NCBI GenBank assembly: GCA_035221665.1 | Contig: CM069174.1 | Location: 9,858,001-9,922,000 of the forward strand | Length of the DNA stretch: 64,000 nt | From: Okamejei kenojei | Lineage: Eukaryota | Reading direction: 5' to 3' | Translations under genes and position numbers: made by a program | The notes under the pieces: model-generated | The model's input: only the letters and a program-made list of their open reading frames with translations | What the model was told of the DNA's origin: nothing | Database searches by the model: none | Shown here: positions 13,040 to 26,865 of the stretch, in pieces | How positions within the stretch are numbered: position 1 is the stretch's first letter | How the letters are laid out: every line of letters starts with the position of its first letter

Positions 13040-13578
13040 AATCATTCGCTGTACAGTACGGAAACATGCCCTTCAGCCCTTGTTTATGCCAATCAAGTTG
13101 CCATTTTTCGCCAATTCCATTTACTTGAATTAGGTCCACAGCCCTCTAAACCCTCCTATCCATCTATCTGTCCAAATGTCTTTTAAAAGTTGTAATTGTA
13201 TCTGCTTCTATAGCTTCGTTTGGCAGCTCATCCCAGATACAGACTGCCCTCTGAGTGGAAAAAATTGACCCGAAATCCCTCTTAAATATCTCTCTCCTTA
13301 CCTTGAGCCGATGGCCTTTAGTATTAGAATCCTCTACTCTGGGGAAAATAAGACTGTGTGTGTTCACTTTATCCGTGCTCCACATGATCTTGTACGCCTC
13401 AATATGTTCACCCCAATCCGCCCACGTTGTAAGGAAAAAGCCCCAGCCTTTCCCAAGTTTCCCTATAACTCAAGTCTGCAAGCCAAGGCAATATCCTGGT
13501 GAATCTCATCTGCACCCTTTCCAACGTAATGACATCCTTCGTGTAGCTGGGCGACCAGATCTGCGCGTAGTGCTGCAA
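13040..13578 (-). mobile_element. Older CR1 3' end
   Basis: ORF 13164-13385 SNTKGHRLKVR...FSTQRAVCIWDELPNEAIEADTITTFKRHLDR. Confidence 0.8.
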
Positions 13579-14139
13579 GTTATTCGGATCAATTTATTTT
13601 GTAAGGCCGAAGCCACTGTGTTGAGATGCTGCCACAAATTCTGGATCTTTGCAACTGATTTTCACCCACCTGCCAGTTCCCTTGCCCACAATATCTCTCT
13701 CCCTAGCTGAAGATTAAACAGAATATTTACAGCCTCTGTACTATTTCACCTCGCGTCCCCCAAATCTCAAAGACAAGTGCAAAAGGTAAAAAGTTGACAT
13801 TGGAAGCCTTTATCCATGTAACGTCACTTGTCTCCACCTCTCCCGGTTCATCTGCTGCTTTGGTTATTGTTGCTCGGGGAGGAGGAGGAATCGGAAAGGT
13901 GATTTAAGGAGGCCACATACAAACCGTGCAGGAGTATTGAATGCTGATGCACAAAATCAGCTTGGATTGTTTTTATTTCCCCCTCTCCACCCCTCAATTG
14001 TGGCTGATTGTAGTGCCTCGACTGGTACACCGTTGTGGTTGTGTGGCTCTGGGTCATCGTAGGTTAATTTTAGCACTTTAATCCAAAGATCCTATAGCGG
14101 TATTAATCTGTATCATTTGGTGTCGTGCTTCAACTGGAA

Positions 14140-14237
14140 TGTAGTCATGTCTACTATGTTCTGTTGTGCTGAAGCAAAGCATGAATTTCATTGTCCTATC
14201 AGGGACACATGACAATAAACTCTCTTGAATCTTGACT
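14140..14237 (+). mobile_element. Short LINE/SINE 3' tail (related copies at 11478-11560 and 38308-38371, both - strand)
   Basis: gaatttcattgtcctatc...gacacatgacaataaactctcttgaatcttga; the 38308 copy is flanked by a gtgaaaagt duplication. Confidence 0.6.
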
Positions 14238-15624
14238 TTTTTTTTCAGTTAGAAAACGTCACCTTCCATATGGCAGTTGCAGTACAGAAAATGGTTCCCA
14301 AATTAAAATGTCAGTTGTGGCCAGTGTGGTTGTAAGAAATTTAAAAACCAGGTGTGGCATTATTTTTTGATTAAACACTGAGATTGTTGTTTTACTGAAC
14401 AAGCAAACAGAACAATTCGTTGAAGAACATCAGTTGAACAAACTGGAAATGTCAGCTTTGTCTGCTTTTGTATACCAGGTTAGTCCAATCCAATGTAGCT
14501 GCAGAATGATATAAATTGCCACAGTTTCAGAACCAACATAAGGGTTTTGCACTGTTATTAAAGCATTCTAATAAACTAATTTGTCATAGAAGAAGTTGAA
14601 AAAAGTGTGATAGGATGTTTTTGATAGGATTTTGCAACTAACAGAGGAAAGACACTGCCCTTGTAGATGTGCCTCTGATATTACTCCATAGCCTCAACAA
14701 TCTCCTGGGGTTTTAAGGTATATGGGTCAGAATATTTCTCATCGAGCTACAGTATCTTGTGTGCAAACAGCATGGTTCTATTTTTGAAGGATTCTGCATT
14801 TTTTCCTGAACTATGGCTTGAATCAGAACAGTATATTGCAACGACTCCCTTTAAACTTGTCCCCTGTTCTATAATTGGTTGCAAGACTAATAATGGGTTG
14901 ATACAGTATTCCAAATGGGGTTATTTCCTACTGCCCTTTGTGCCCTGTATTAAAGTAAGTTTCCCAGAGCCAAACCCATTTGAATTGAAACCAACCATCA
15001 CCTGCCAGCAAAATTAGATATTGTGACACTGGGTAAACAATGAACCTTTACACCATTGGGAAATGCACTATAAATAGGACTGGATGCAAGTATCTACTCT
15101 GGATCTTGATAATTTGACAGCAACTCGCCGTGCTGCCGGCGTAGTCCGAGGTATGTGACCTAGTCAAATGTAACACGAGTATTGCAACATGGAGGTGAGA
15201 ATAAATCTCCAGGGTAATGATCAATACAGTATGTAATTTTTCATGAAAATGAAAAGGAAAAAACTGCAGGTGCTCGAAATCTAAAAATCAACTGAAAATT
15301 CTGGAAGAGAAACCAAGCTACTGTTTCACATCATCTTGGTTTTACCCTATTGGAGACATTCCCCCCCCCCCCCCCCCCCCCCCCCCTCCTCGCACTTCCT
15401 GAAGCTTAACAGCCTTTGTTTCTCTTCTTCCCTTTTCAGACAAAGGGTGTTCGACCTGCTGAGTGGTTCCAGCTATTTTTTCAGCATCTAGTTTTATGTA
15501 TCTGTTCCTAAACACAGAATTCATATTGTGCCTTTCTGTATATTTTTGATGAATTTATAACCTTTTAATGCAAAACAAAAAAAAAGTCTCTGAGAGGCTT
15601 TGTTTACCCTGAATCAAGTGCACT

Positions 15625-15850
15625 GACACACAAGTCAGACAGAAAACACTGGAGTAACTCAGCGGGACAGGCAGCATATCCGGAGAGAAGGAATGGGTGA
15701 CGTTTTGGGTCGAGACCTTTCTTCAGACTGAGAGTCGGGGAAATTGGAGATATGGAAGGGTACAAAGAGAATGTAAGGTGTGAAAACGACAGATCAAAGC
15801 AGCCGATGATCAAGGAAAGAAAGAATGGTTCATTGTTGGCTGAAAGGAAA
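15625..15850 (-). mobile_element. Penelope 3'-end fragment with hammerhead core
   Basis: Reverse complement of the 51050-51260 terminal region. Confidence 0.75.
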
Positions 15851-16211
15851 TGTAGTAACACAAGCTTATGAATCCCATCCAATCCATTTTGCCGTAATGC
15901 AATAAAACTGCATAAAACTTCGAATGATGTGCTATCATATAAAATTGCTTTCAGTAAGGGTGAAGCAAGAGTTTAATGGATTGAAGAAATTGCACTGTGC
16001 TGACAAGTAGCCCTGAATACATTGATTGTTAAAGTTCCCAAAAACTTCTCCATAGCTCTCCTCCCCACCCCCGACATTTGACATATAGAACACATGTACC
16101 TTGGAACAAGGAGGCAGTAGCCTGGCGATATGCAACCTTTAAACATCCAGCTGGCAAATGACATAATTATCTTCTTGGACTGATGACAAATATTACACCA
16201 CTTGGACTGAT

Positions 16212-16294
16212 CACACACACACACACACACACACATACACACACACACACACACGCACTCACACTCACACTCACACTCACCCCCCCCCCCCCCC
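16212..16294. repeat. (CA)n / (CACACT)n microsatellite plus poly(C)
   Basis: Directly visible. Confidence 0.95.
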
Positions 16295-17654
16295 ACAATG
16301 GGCAAAATAAATCCGCTTCCTGTCTGCACTTCCTCAACAGCACTGGGGAGGATCGCGAGTGGTGTGTAGGGGAATTAGCAGCAGTCTGTGGTTTACAGAC
16401 TGATACAGCAGTTGTTGCACCCAAATTAGGTAATGTCTCAAAGTTCAGATTTCTAACTCAAAGTTCGCCTTTGTGTTCAGTGATGCACAAGTGTCATTAT
16501 ATCCACCCTGGCATTGCCTCCATGACACTAGCTTAAGTACACATACTATATGCTGGGGTGTCAAGGCTATTTTAATTTTTCAAGCAATTCTACTATTGTA
16601 TTTGTGTAGAATGTGGTGGTATTCCCTTATCTGTTAATGTGGTCAAAATTCCAGTCATTCAGGTTTTGTGGTACTCTCCTTTTTTCACTCCTGCGACACA
16701 TTTCTATGGTGGCATTTGGATCAGCGTGAACATGCAACTTTTTGAGCACAAAATCAATTGCGGTTTTTTGGCCTTAAACCCATTTGTGCTGCTCCTACTT
16801 TTCACATGCGGTAGTTTACGGGTTTGCCAGGGACAAAGGCACTGAGCAAAGGCAATAGCTTCCAATGATTTTGAATAAACCTGGCAAAATAACGGCCTGT
16901 TCAGGGCTTGTATTTTGAGACCTTCGCATCTACTCTCGTCTCTCTTGCAGGTTTTATGATGTCACTTCCGGCCTCGTATCTTGCAGTTTTTCCAAAAGAT
17001 ATGTTGAAAGTCCTGCGGTGTGATGTGGTGCTGTGTAAATGCAACATTGCCGCTGTTCAATGCACTAGTACTGACTCTTTGCCTGCAATTTCCCCTGGAC
17101 TGAGTTAATTAGCATTGTGGGACAAAGTAGTTTCAATGGGATACGTTGAGCGTGAGAGGCTAATATCACACATAGTGATTTCATGGTATTGGAGCTGGTT
17201 GAATGATGTAGAGTATTCAAGATCACATCCATGGGTGGCAGGGGAAAAAAAAGTCTTGAATGGCTTTGTGTTTTGCACTGTTAGTTTTAACGGAAATGTG
17301 ACACTACAAGGCCAGTTTCCACACACGTTGGATTTCCCGTAGCGCCTTTGATCAAGCCGGGCTCAAGGGGTGCGCCTAATGTACCTTGAACTGTTGCATT
17401 GGGTTGCTGGCAGATAATTTAATTACTCTGGTAACCCCTCAACAATATACCAATCTGTTCTCCTGTGAATGTCTTCACTGGATCGATGTGTGTATTCATC
17501 CTAGATTTTAAAGAAAAGCACCATTTACATCAATGATTTGAATTTTATGAGTTAATATAATTTTGCAAGTTGGAGAAAGACAGGTTACTGCTGAGGATGG
17601 TGGATATTAATAATTTTTTTACAGTGCAGTAAGTGAAGCTGTTCCTCTTTAGTA

Positions 17655-17957
17655 CTGGAAATTGGAGGAGCTGTACCTCGCATTCTGCTTGGGCAGTTTA
17701 TACCCCAGCGGCATGAACATTGACCTCCAATTTCCGGTAGCCCTTATTGTCTCCTCCCCTTCTCAGCTCTCCCTCAGCCCTCTCGCTCCTCCTCTTCCTT
17801 TCTTCTTCCCCACCCCCCCGCCTACATCAGTCTGAAGAAGCGATTCGGCCCGAAACATTGCCTATTTCCTTCGCTCCATAGATGCTGCCACACCCGCTGA
17901 GTTTCTCCAGCACTTTTATCTACTTCCGATTTTCCAGCATCTGCAGTTCCTTCTTAA
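17655..17957 (+). mobile_element. Penelope 3' fragment (endonuclease C-terminus, 3' end, hammerhead core)
   Basis: ELEELYLAFCLGSLYPSGMNID, then a C-rich tract, ctgaagaagcgattcggcccgaaac and the shared terminal sequence. Confidence 0.8.
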
Positions 17958-18189
17958 ACCTCTTTAATACTGCTATCTTACAGCCTGTGCTTCCTCTACC
18001 ATCGTTGCTGGCATACATTGCACAAAGTTTCTCTTCCTGAACTTGCAGGCTCCAAGGTTCCATCCTTTGCCATCTCCTATTCCCCTTTTGATCACGTTGC
18101 TTTCTCATTAATACGCTGATAATCCGAGAATTCAAAATGCCACGGCCACCCTTGGTTCCATGACTTGCTGAAATGCCTGCCTGAATGTT

Positions 18190-18415
18190 ATAGACAATAG
18201 GTGCAGGAGTAGGCCATTTGGCCCTTCGAGCCAGCACCACCATTCAATGTGATCGTGGCTAATCATCCCCAATCAGTACCCTGTTCCTGCCCTCTCCCCA
18301 TATCCCCTGACTCTGCTATTGTTAATCTAGCTTTCAAGAGAGAGCCCTATCTAGCTCTTTTTTGAAAGCATCCAGAGAACCTGCCTCCACCGCCCTCTGA
18401 GGCAGATAATTCCAC
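18190..18415 (-). mobile_element. CR1 LINE 3' end, young subfamily
   Basis: Same 3' UTR (ggtgcaggagtaggccatt...cccttcgagccagcacc) as 815-1188. Confidence 0.85.
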
Positions 18416-18799
18416 TGTGGTGTGGGTAAGACGGATGTGTTGAAAACTTGACGTTGGCATGGTCAAAGCCATCTCGTGCTGGATCACCAAGAGTTCTTCC
18501 CATCCCTGACGTTGGCTGGATCTAGGTTCAATACGAAGAAAGCTCAAAGATTTGTAGCTAGTCTGTCGCTGAGAGCGTCTCCTTTTTGCCTCATATTGTG
18601 GCCTCATTAGGTAATTTAGTTATTGATGCTCAGACTGGACACTGGTATATGTTCATCACAATTTGTTGTGTGATTGGAATCAGGAAATCTAATTTTCTTG
18701 TTGAGGCAAAAAACAGACTGCTGGAGGAACTCTGCAGGTCAGGCAGCATTTGTGGAGGGATAAGGACAGACAACATTTTGGATTGTAGCCCTTCTTCAG

Positions 18800-19645
18800 A
18801 CTCCCTACATCCACCCTGTCAAGCCCTTTTAGAATTATGCAAGCTTTCATGAGATCTCTCATTCATCTGAACTCCAGAGAACACAGACCTAGTCTACTTC
18901 ATCTCTCCTTGTGCTGTAAATGAGCCATTCCTGGAACCAGTCTAGTAAATATTTGATGCACTCTGGTGGCAATTACATCCTTTTTTGGGCAAGAAGATTA
19001 AAACTGTGCACAATACTCCAGTGTAATCTTGCCAAGGCCCTATACGATTGCAATAAGATCCCCTTATTCCTGTACTCCAAATCTTGTCATAAATGCTAAA
19101 ATACTATATCTCCTCTTAATTGTTTGCTGTATCTGTGTTCTGGCCTTCAGTGACTTGTTTACAAGCACCTTGGTCCTCCAATCCCTTTAAATGTCAACAC
19201 CTACCATTTAACAAATACTCTGCTTCTCTACAATGTCCACCAACAATGGACCTCCATTGGACAAACTGGTGTCTTTCTTTTTTCTGTATATTTTAACTGC
19301 CATGTTCACTCACTCAACTTGTCCATGTTGTCTTGAAGACATTTTGCATCCTAACCATTGCCACACCCAGTTTGGTGCCATCCGCCAACTTAAAAATACA
19401 CCACTTCATCCCCTCGTCGACTTAAGAAGGATCCATTTATTCCCGCTCTTTGGTTTCTCTGTTATAACCAGTTCTCAATCCATGTTAGTATGTTATCCCT
19501 AATTCCATGTGCTTGTGGGCCAACTTTTCTGGGACCTAAACAAACACCTTTTGAAAAACGAAGCGCACTACATCTTCCAGTTTTCCCCACATCTATTTTA
19601 CCAAACGCATGCTCAAGGAACTCCAGAATATTAGTCAAACATGTT
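18800..19645 (-). mobile_element. Old CR1 RT fragment
   Basis: ORF 19462-19683 CLTNILEFLE...HGIRDNILTWIENWL. Confidence 0.7.
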
Positions 19646-20233
19646 ACTTCTGTGGTCATTGGAAATGTTAACACTATTTGCATGCACGGAGTACATTTAC
19701 TTGTGCGAGCATAGATCTTTTCTATTAAAATTTGTGCAACTGGCTAAAATAGTGTTGCCTCAGCGACACCTGTGTCTCTTCAGTGATTTATATTGCACAG
19801 CACTGGTGTAGTAAGTGTCTGCTGAGCAGAAGACTAACATTGCTCTATTATAACAGAGGTTTACTTAAAGCACTTGGGGACATGTTTGTTCTGCTGAGTT
19901 TAATATTCCTCTGGCTCAGAGAATTCCCAGTGCTAACATGCCTTCTACTTGATCAAGTGATTATTCATGCCGTATACTACAATGAGCAGAAATGTCATGT
20001 ATATCAACTGCATGCATGTCAGCTACCTTTTGTCTTTAAATGATGAGTACATAGGAAAGCCTGCACTTTATTTCTCAATTAAATTATATATTTTCTTTGT
20101 TTTTGTTGAACTGTGGTTCTTTATGTATTGAAAGGAAGCATTGTCTATGTTTCCATCTATTTAGAAATCAAGAGATCATTTGGATGATCAATGAGGTCAG
20201 ATTTAGCACCATTTGAATTGCTGTTATTCCAGA

Positions 20234-20659
20234 AGATAGACACAGAATGCTGGAGTAACTCGGTTGCAGGCAGCATCTCTGGAGAGAAGGAATGGATGAC
20301 GTTTCGGGTCGAGACCCTTCTTCAAACTATTTGCATGCACGAAGTACATTTACTTGTGCGAGTATAAATCTTTTCTATAAAGGTTCGTGCAACTGACTAA
20401 AATAGTTTTGCCTCGGGTATACCTGTGTCTCTTCAGTGATTTATTTGCACAGCACTGGTGTAGTAAGTGTCTCCTGAGCAGTTTTTAACGTTGCCCTATT
20501 ATAACAGAGGTTTACTTAAAGCACTTGGGAAGAAGGGTCTCGACCCGAAATGTCACCCATTCCTTCTCTCCAGAGATGCTGCCTGTCCTGCAGAGATACT
20601 CCAGCATTTTGTCTACCTTTTGGTGTAAACCAGCATCTGCGCTTCCTTCCTACACAGTA
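20234..20659. mobile_element. Fold-back Penelope-derived unit with a 204-bp captured loop and 10-bp flanking direct repeat
   Basis: Inverted arms 20234-20325 and 20529-20656; ttattccaga at 20224-20233 and 20660-20669. Confidence 0.85.
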
Positions 20660-22861
20660 TTATTCCAGATATGACCTGCACTTGGGAGTGTGCTGTGTAA
20701 TCGATGAACCCAGCTGTATAATTGACAGCCTGGTGTATAACTAACTAGACATTGAATAGGCACTGCCATCCGCTTCAGATAGTGAAATAGCTGGCACAGA
20801 GCCTGTTAGTTGAACTGCCCGTTCATGGACTTCCAGTACTATCCCCATACAGCACGGTCCAATGCTATTATTTCTGCCTGTGTGCAGTGTAGTGTGACAG
20901 CACGCTAGCTGGTACAATCTCGTGGCCACACCAGCCTGACAGGAGGTTGAAAAGGCCATCTGACAGCTGAAGAACAATAAGGCCTCTGAAATCCCCTGGC
21001 ATGCTCTCCACCTCCCAGATTGGATTATGAGTTTGTGCCAAAAGTATTTCTCTGCCATGTTTTGGAACTTCAGCAGGGATTCTGTCTGTTCCAGAGGCTG
21101 CCTTGTTGTTCAGCTGGCGGAGTCTGTGGTTCCCACACTGGACTCACCGGTCACCTTGGAACCCCCAAAACCAGAGTGGTAGAAAGTCATCCTGAATCCC
21201 AAGATACTGCTGAAGAAGATATACTGAAATTGTTGCAAGTTTTGTGCGTCCATTTGCTTTGCTAGTTTTCATGGCCTCTCTGAATGTGATTATCAATTTA
21301 ATGTTGGTATTTGGCAGGTTTGTGGGCCTGCCTGGAGCTGGAGTAGGATTGCCATACTTGTGGCTTAGCCAGGAGTGTGAAGAGTTTTATACTATCTGCT
21401 CATTAACAAATAGACCCAATGAGAGCAGACTACCATACTACAAAATCACACAAGTTCTGATAATATGGATTTTTTGCATGTTGATGCAAAAATGCTGCCG
21501 CTGCCTTCAAAGGGTTAATATGCTTAGAAATGTCTGGCAAGGATGTGTTCCAGCTTTTGCATCCTGCAACTGAAAAGACTCCAGTTCCTGCCCAAGGATA
21601 CAGACATTACTAATGGGAAAAGGTGATAGTACATTCGTGAAACTGAATTTTTATTTTGTGTTTTTTTTTAAAAAAAAGGCAGTACTGGAAACTGAAAAAT
21701 GTCTATGTGGGCCTGGGGTTAAGTGGAAATGAGGTCCAAGGCAGCCGCTACCTGCTTATGTGTCCAACGGCTACCTTGCGAACCTGCAAATTGAACCTGG
21801 TAAGGATCCTCGTCTTGATTTACACTTTTGTACACAATTTGCAGCCTAACAGTATGGCAAAGCAAGGTAACACTCCATTTATCTCCTCCTCCTGATTTAT
21901 TTTGTATATTTCATACATTTTCAAATACGTCTATGCCTTTTATGTGCACGTGATGCCTTGAATGATTAATTGTAGCCTTCGACCACGTTCTGGAAAGGAG
22001 ATGATACTTGGAGATCTTACCGTCACGTTACAGTGTACTCTGCCTGAAATCTTGCATGGGTACTGCACATCAACTGGTGTAACGGAAATCCATTAAGGGG
22101 CGGTTCCATAGCCAGCAGGCCCCATGCCAGTTATTTCAATATTTGAAGCGGATAGCAGTGCAGAGTAAATGTCTAGCTATTTACATGCCAGGCTAAGTCA
22201 TTTAGTGGATTGCACCAAGTTCGTTCATTCCGTTTTGGAATTTTTTTTTGCACCTTGCAAGGTCAAGAAGTTTGTGTTTTTTTGAATGGTTACTTCCCTT
22301 TCATAGTTCAGACCATTCCCTGCTCACTGCACAGTTCCAGTGATGGATGCCAAACAGGATAAAGGAATTATATTTCTTCTGTTTGCAAAGGGGCACAGGA
22401 GAAACAATTCTACTCTGAGATGTGAAATGTATATTCCATCTTTTATATGTTCAGTGCTTTGATTGGCAGCAAGAACTGATCAGAAGGGATGGGTCTCGAC
22501 CTGCAGAACAATGTGTAAAATGTCTTCCTGAATATTCCCGTTGCTGGCTGAAGACTTCATTGTGCCTGTGACCCAATAGTGTTTGAAATCTCTAATTTTT
22601 GGATGTAAGATATTTAATATAGATGAGTGCAGCTCACTGAATCACGAGTCAAAATGTTGCTTGTGCTTCTGGGCTCTTTTTTAAACTTGTCTCCTTGCTG
22701 GCATGGTAGGTGTTTCTAACTTGGAATAACAATGTCCACCACATCCTTTCCACACTAATGTATAACCACACAATGTAATTTCTTTTTTATTATTATTCAT
22801 TCACAGGATGTGGGTATTGCTGCCATAGTCAGCATTTACTGCCAATCCGTGATGGTCATTA

Positions 22862-23143
22862 TCAAACAGCATGGAAACAGGCCCTTCGGCCCACTGCCTG
22901 TGCTGTACACCAAGCACCCACTTCTAAACCCTCCATATTCACAACTCTTCACCCACCTCCCCCCCCCCCCCCCCCCCCCCCCCCCAACACATATTCTAAC
23001 TCTGACCGACACACTAGAGATGTGTTGCGGTGGCCAATTAACCCACTGACCTGCATGCCTTTGGGATCTGGGAGGAAACTGGAGCACCCAGAGGAAATCC
23101 TCAGTCATTGGGAGAACGTGCAAACTCCACACAGACAGCACTC
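22862..23143 (-). mobile_element. V-SINE containing a poly(C) tract
   Basis: gggaggaaactggagcaccca...gagaacgtgcaaactccacacagacagcac; CR1-type tail at 22862-22910. Confidence 0.75.
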
Positions 23144-25103
23144 TGTTAGAATAGCTTGGTGAGTTGCTGTAATGCATTCTAGAGATGGTGCACACAGCAG
23201 TGATAGTGCACCAGTGAAGGAGGGCTTGAATAGATGTGGGGGGATGGGATACCAATCAAGTGATCTTTTGTGATCAATCATGCTTGGGCTGCACTAGCAC
23301 TAACCACTCTGACCTGTGCTTTGTAGATGGTAGAGAGGCTTTGGAGTGTCAGGAGATGAGTCAATTATGTGCCCCGAGTTAAAGGATTAAGTTACAAAGA
23401 TGAAAACTCTTATTATTGATGCTCACCACAACATCGGCAAAGAGGAAGTTACTTTCTGGGAAGAAAAATCATTTATGTAATGGGATTTTAATCCCAAACG
23501 GTGGGAGGTTTGCTGCTATGGTTTGTGAAAATCCATTGGATTTCTGCTGCTGCTTTTGAGGCAGAAATCCAAAGCATCAGAGAAATGATGAAATATTAAG
23601 ATGAGTCTCCAGAGGGGAAAAGACTGAGCAGCACTGGTGATGGGTCAGTCTGCCTATTGATCCCACCGTGGATCACCGTGTTTTAGACTGTGGTGAACAT
23701 CCTAAGAAAAGGTTGTTTTAGAATTTTCCTACCCCCTTCGTATTACCTGGGCCAGTAGATTTCCTTCACGGGCAGCTTTGTGCAAATAAATTGGCAATTG
23801 TAATATTTTTTGGACAGCAGTCAATTGCTTCCCTTTGTGCTTAATCGCCACAAAGCATCCATTCTTTTAGAAGTGCTAGGGCGGGAAGGATTCAATGCCA
23901 GACAGGTGTGGTTCCAGGGTGGTTTTGGTCTGGGCTGGGAACCCAGAGGCTGAAAGCTCAACTTCCAAGATAGTACATTGTAATTTATGGACTATGCATA
24001 GTCACTCTGGTCTGACCTGAGCTTAACTCCTGATGATTTCTCAAGTCGTTTGGCAATTTGTATATATTTAAGTTTGAATCTTGTTGGACTGCTGTCTGGA
24101 TTAATGCATTGGCCATTATTTCTGCACGTATTCAAGCTGCACATAATGCCTGCACCTGCATTCTTCTTTGATTTTTTTTTAAATGTCCATCATTTTAAAT
24201 AATTCCATCTTAAAAGGAAATGAAGTAGAACATTTGAGTCTTCCCTCTAAACCCAGCATCACGTTCCAGAATTATTGTTTATTGCACACATGTACTGCAG
24301 ACATGAATTGTTTGAAAGTTTAACAGTTACCAAGTTAACTCGTATTTTTGGGTCAACCTTCCAGCAGACCATAATCTCGCCTCTTTATTGTAATATTCTC
24401 CAGTCACCATTTACTCCTCTCAAACCGTGGGAGGTTTGCTATTGTGGTTTGTGATTTGTCTAAACTTGGAGTGTAGCCTTGTAATTTCTCCTTGTGTTGA
24501 TTCCAGGGAGTCCTGTTGCCAAAGATAAGTGCTGTTCTTGTAGATGCCCAATGCAGCCTTTTGCTAAAGTGGTGTTGTAATGGGTTATTCACTGTGAATC
24601 AGCAAATGATGTCATCATGGTTCCCATTTTGAATCATCTTGGCTGTAGTGTAGGGATGCAAGAGGAAGGATTGTGTTGAATGTTGTTGCAGTAAGATTTC
24701 TCTTCACTTCTCTTACTTGCCCCTGACTGTATGAAGGAATAATTATTGTAAATTTGAAATCAAGGCCTCATTTTTGTTCTTTCAAAACTCTCAAATCACG
24801 ATTCGGCTTTTCTTGAGCAGTATTTGTATTTGTATAACAAAAACTCATCAAGCAAAACATGTCAAACTAGTACTTCATTTTAGGTTTGGGCATCTCCACA
24901 GAGAGGAGCGAGGTCATTTTGTGATAATTGGGTTTCGCCCCCCACAACTCCCTCAAGTGTAAACCCTTCCTTGCAACAATTGTACATGTTGTGGGTGACG
25001 TTAATCTCCCAGGACACTTGTTGATGGCATGTGATCCAGAGGAAAATCTGACCGGTAGTGACAAAGGGCTCAACAGGTTCCCCTGAAATGGACCTGTGAT
25101 ATG

Positions 25104-26012
25104 CAGGGCCGGCCTGAGGTGCGGGGCCCACTTGGGAACAATTTTCATATAAATATATAATTATAAATGAGTCGTATTTAGGCACTTGCCGTGAGTAATT
25201 ACTCAGTGTAGGCAGTCAGTCGGCTTTTTAAAAATCTGAAACCGCGCATGCGCAGATTGTTCTCCTCTCCGTAAAAATAAAAAATAAAAATAAAGTAACA
25301 AATTCAATTTGCCCAAGGCTTCCAAATCTTCTTCATACTGAATGGGTGGGGGGGTGGAGGGTGACGGCAGGTGGAGAGATGGTGGGGAAAAATAGGAGCA
25401 CACCGGGACAAGTTGAATCAGTTGCTCTGGGTGCGGAGCCACCGCATTGTGGCCGGGGTGGGAAGCAGCTCATGTGGTTACGAGCGGCCACCGGGACCTC
25501 AGCGCCTTCTGCCAGCCCGCTCACCTCTGGCAGTGCTCTCCGTCTGAACGGTGATGGGACCAGCTCAAGAGCGAAGATCATAGAGCGGAGTGGGTCAGCG
25601 GTTGATGGATAACAGGACAGCGGGCAGTGGAGCTTACTCCAGTGTCAGCGAGAACAAGGGACCAATTGAGGTTACTCACACTGACGTATGGAGTAAGCTC
25701 CACCGCTCCCGCTGTCCTATTATCCTTCGCCCGCTGACCCACTCTTGAGCTGGATGCTGACGTGATCCCTGACCCCCTGCTTCTCAACGCTCCTGCCCTC
25801 CCCATAACTACTGGCTGTTAACAAGTGCTAACAGTGGTAGTTAACAAATCGTTTTTGTTTGATGGCCGGTGCAGCGGTTTTTATCCATGTTCGTTTTTTT
25901 AAAAAAAAATCTGTATTTAACAAGGCAAATTCGTATTTCCGTACGAAATACAGAAAATTAGCGCGGGGCTCATTTGGGAGCAATCGGTCCAATTGGCTTA
26001 AGGCCGGCCATG
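25104..26012. mobile_element. Non-autonomous hAT-type DNA transposon (909 bp)
   Basis: TIRs cagggccggcct / aggccggccatg. Perfect 8-bp TSD gtgatatg at 25096-25103 and 26013-26020. CpG-rich interior, no transposase. Confidence 0.88.
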
Positions 26013-26346
26013 GTGATATGACTTTTCAGCAGGTCCTTGGGCCTTCAGCAGGCCTGCCATAAATGTAATCTGCTGGTAAAGACTCTGCTCTTGTTCTCAA
26101 AATCTCTTACAATAAAGACCAACCTACCACTTTCCTCAATTGCTTGCTGAACTTCATATTAACTTTCAGTGATTCTTGTAGAAGAACAGCAAGTCCCTCT
26201 TAAGCAGTTCACTGTCTCACTGTTGGAAATCAATACTGACTTTTATTTTCTACCAGAGTGGATGACCTCATACTATTCACCGTTGTATTCCATTTCCCAC
26301 ATCGTCGTATAACCCAGCCTGGCTCTATTCCCCGAAGCCCCTCTCC

Positions 26347-26865
26347 AATAGACAATAGACATTAGGTGCAGGAGTAGGCCATTTGGCCCTTCGAGCCAGC
26401 ACTGCCATTCAATGTGATCATGGCTGATCATCCCCAATCAGTACCCCGTACCTGCCTTCTCCCCATATCCCCTGACTCCGCTATTTATAAGAGCCCTATC
26501 TAGCTCGCTCTTGAAAGCATCCAGAGAACCTGCCTCCACCGCCCTCTGAGGCAGAGAATTCCACAGACTCACCACTCTCTGTTAGAAAAAGTGTTTCCTC
26601 GTCTCCGTTCTAAATGGCTTACTCCTTATTCGTAAACTGTGGCCCCTGGTTCTGGACTCCTCCAACATCGGGAACATGTTTCCTGCCTCTAGCGTGGCCA
26701 AGCCCTTAACAATCTTATATGTTTCAATGAGATATCCTCTCATCCTTCTAAACTCCATAGTGTACAAGCCCAGCTGCTCCATTCTCTCAGCATGTGACAG
26801 TCCCGCCATCCTGGGAATTAACCTTGTAAACCTACGCTGCACTCCTTCAATAGCAAGAATGTCCT
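26347..26865 (-). mobile_element. Young CR1 3' end nested in an older CR1 fragment (about 26090-27700)
   Basis: ORF 26582-26842 QRRFTRLIPRMAGLSHAERMEQLGLYTMEFRRMRG; (caataga)n tail; decayed CR1 RT sequence resumes on both sides. Confidence 0.88.

Noticed and set aside
15973-16536. Cys/Val- or His/Thr-repeat ORFs
   Set aside because: Translations of a (CA)n microsatellite.
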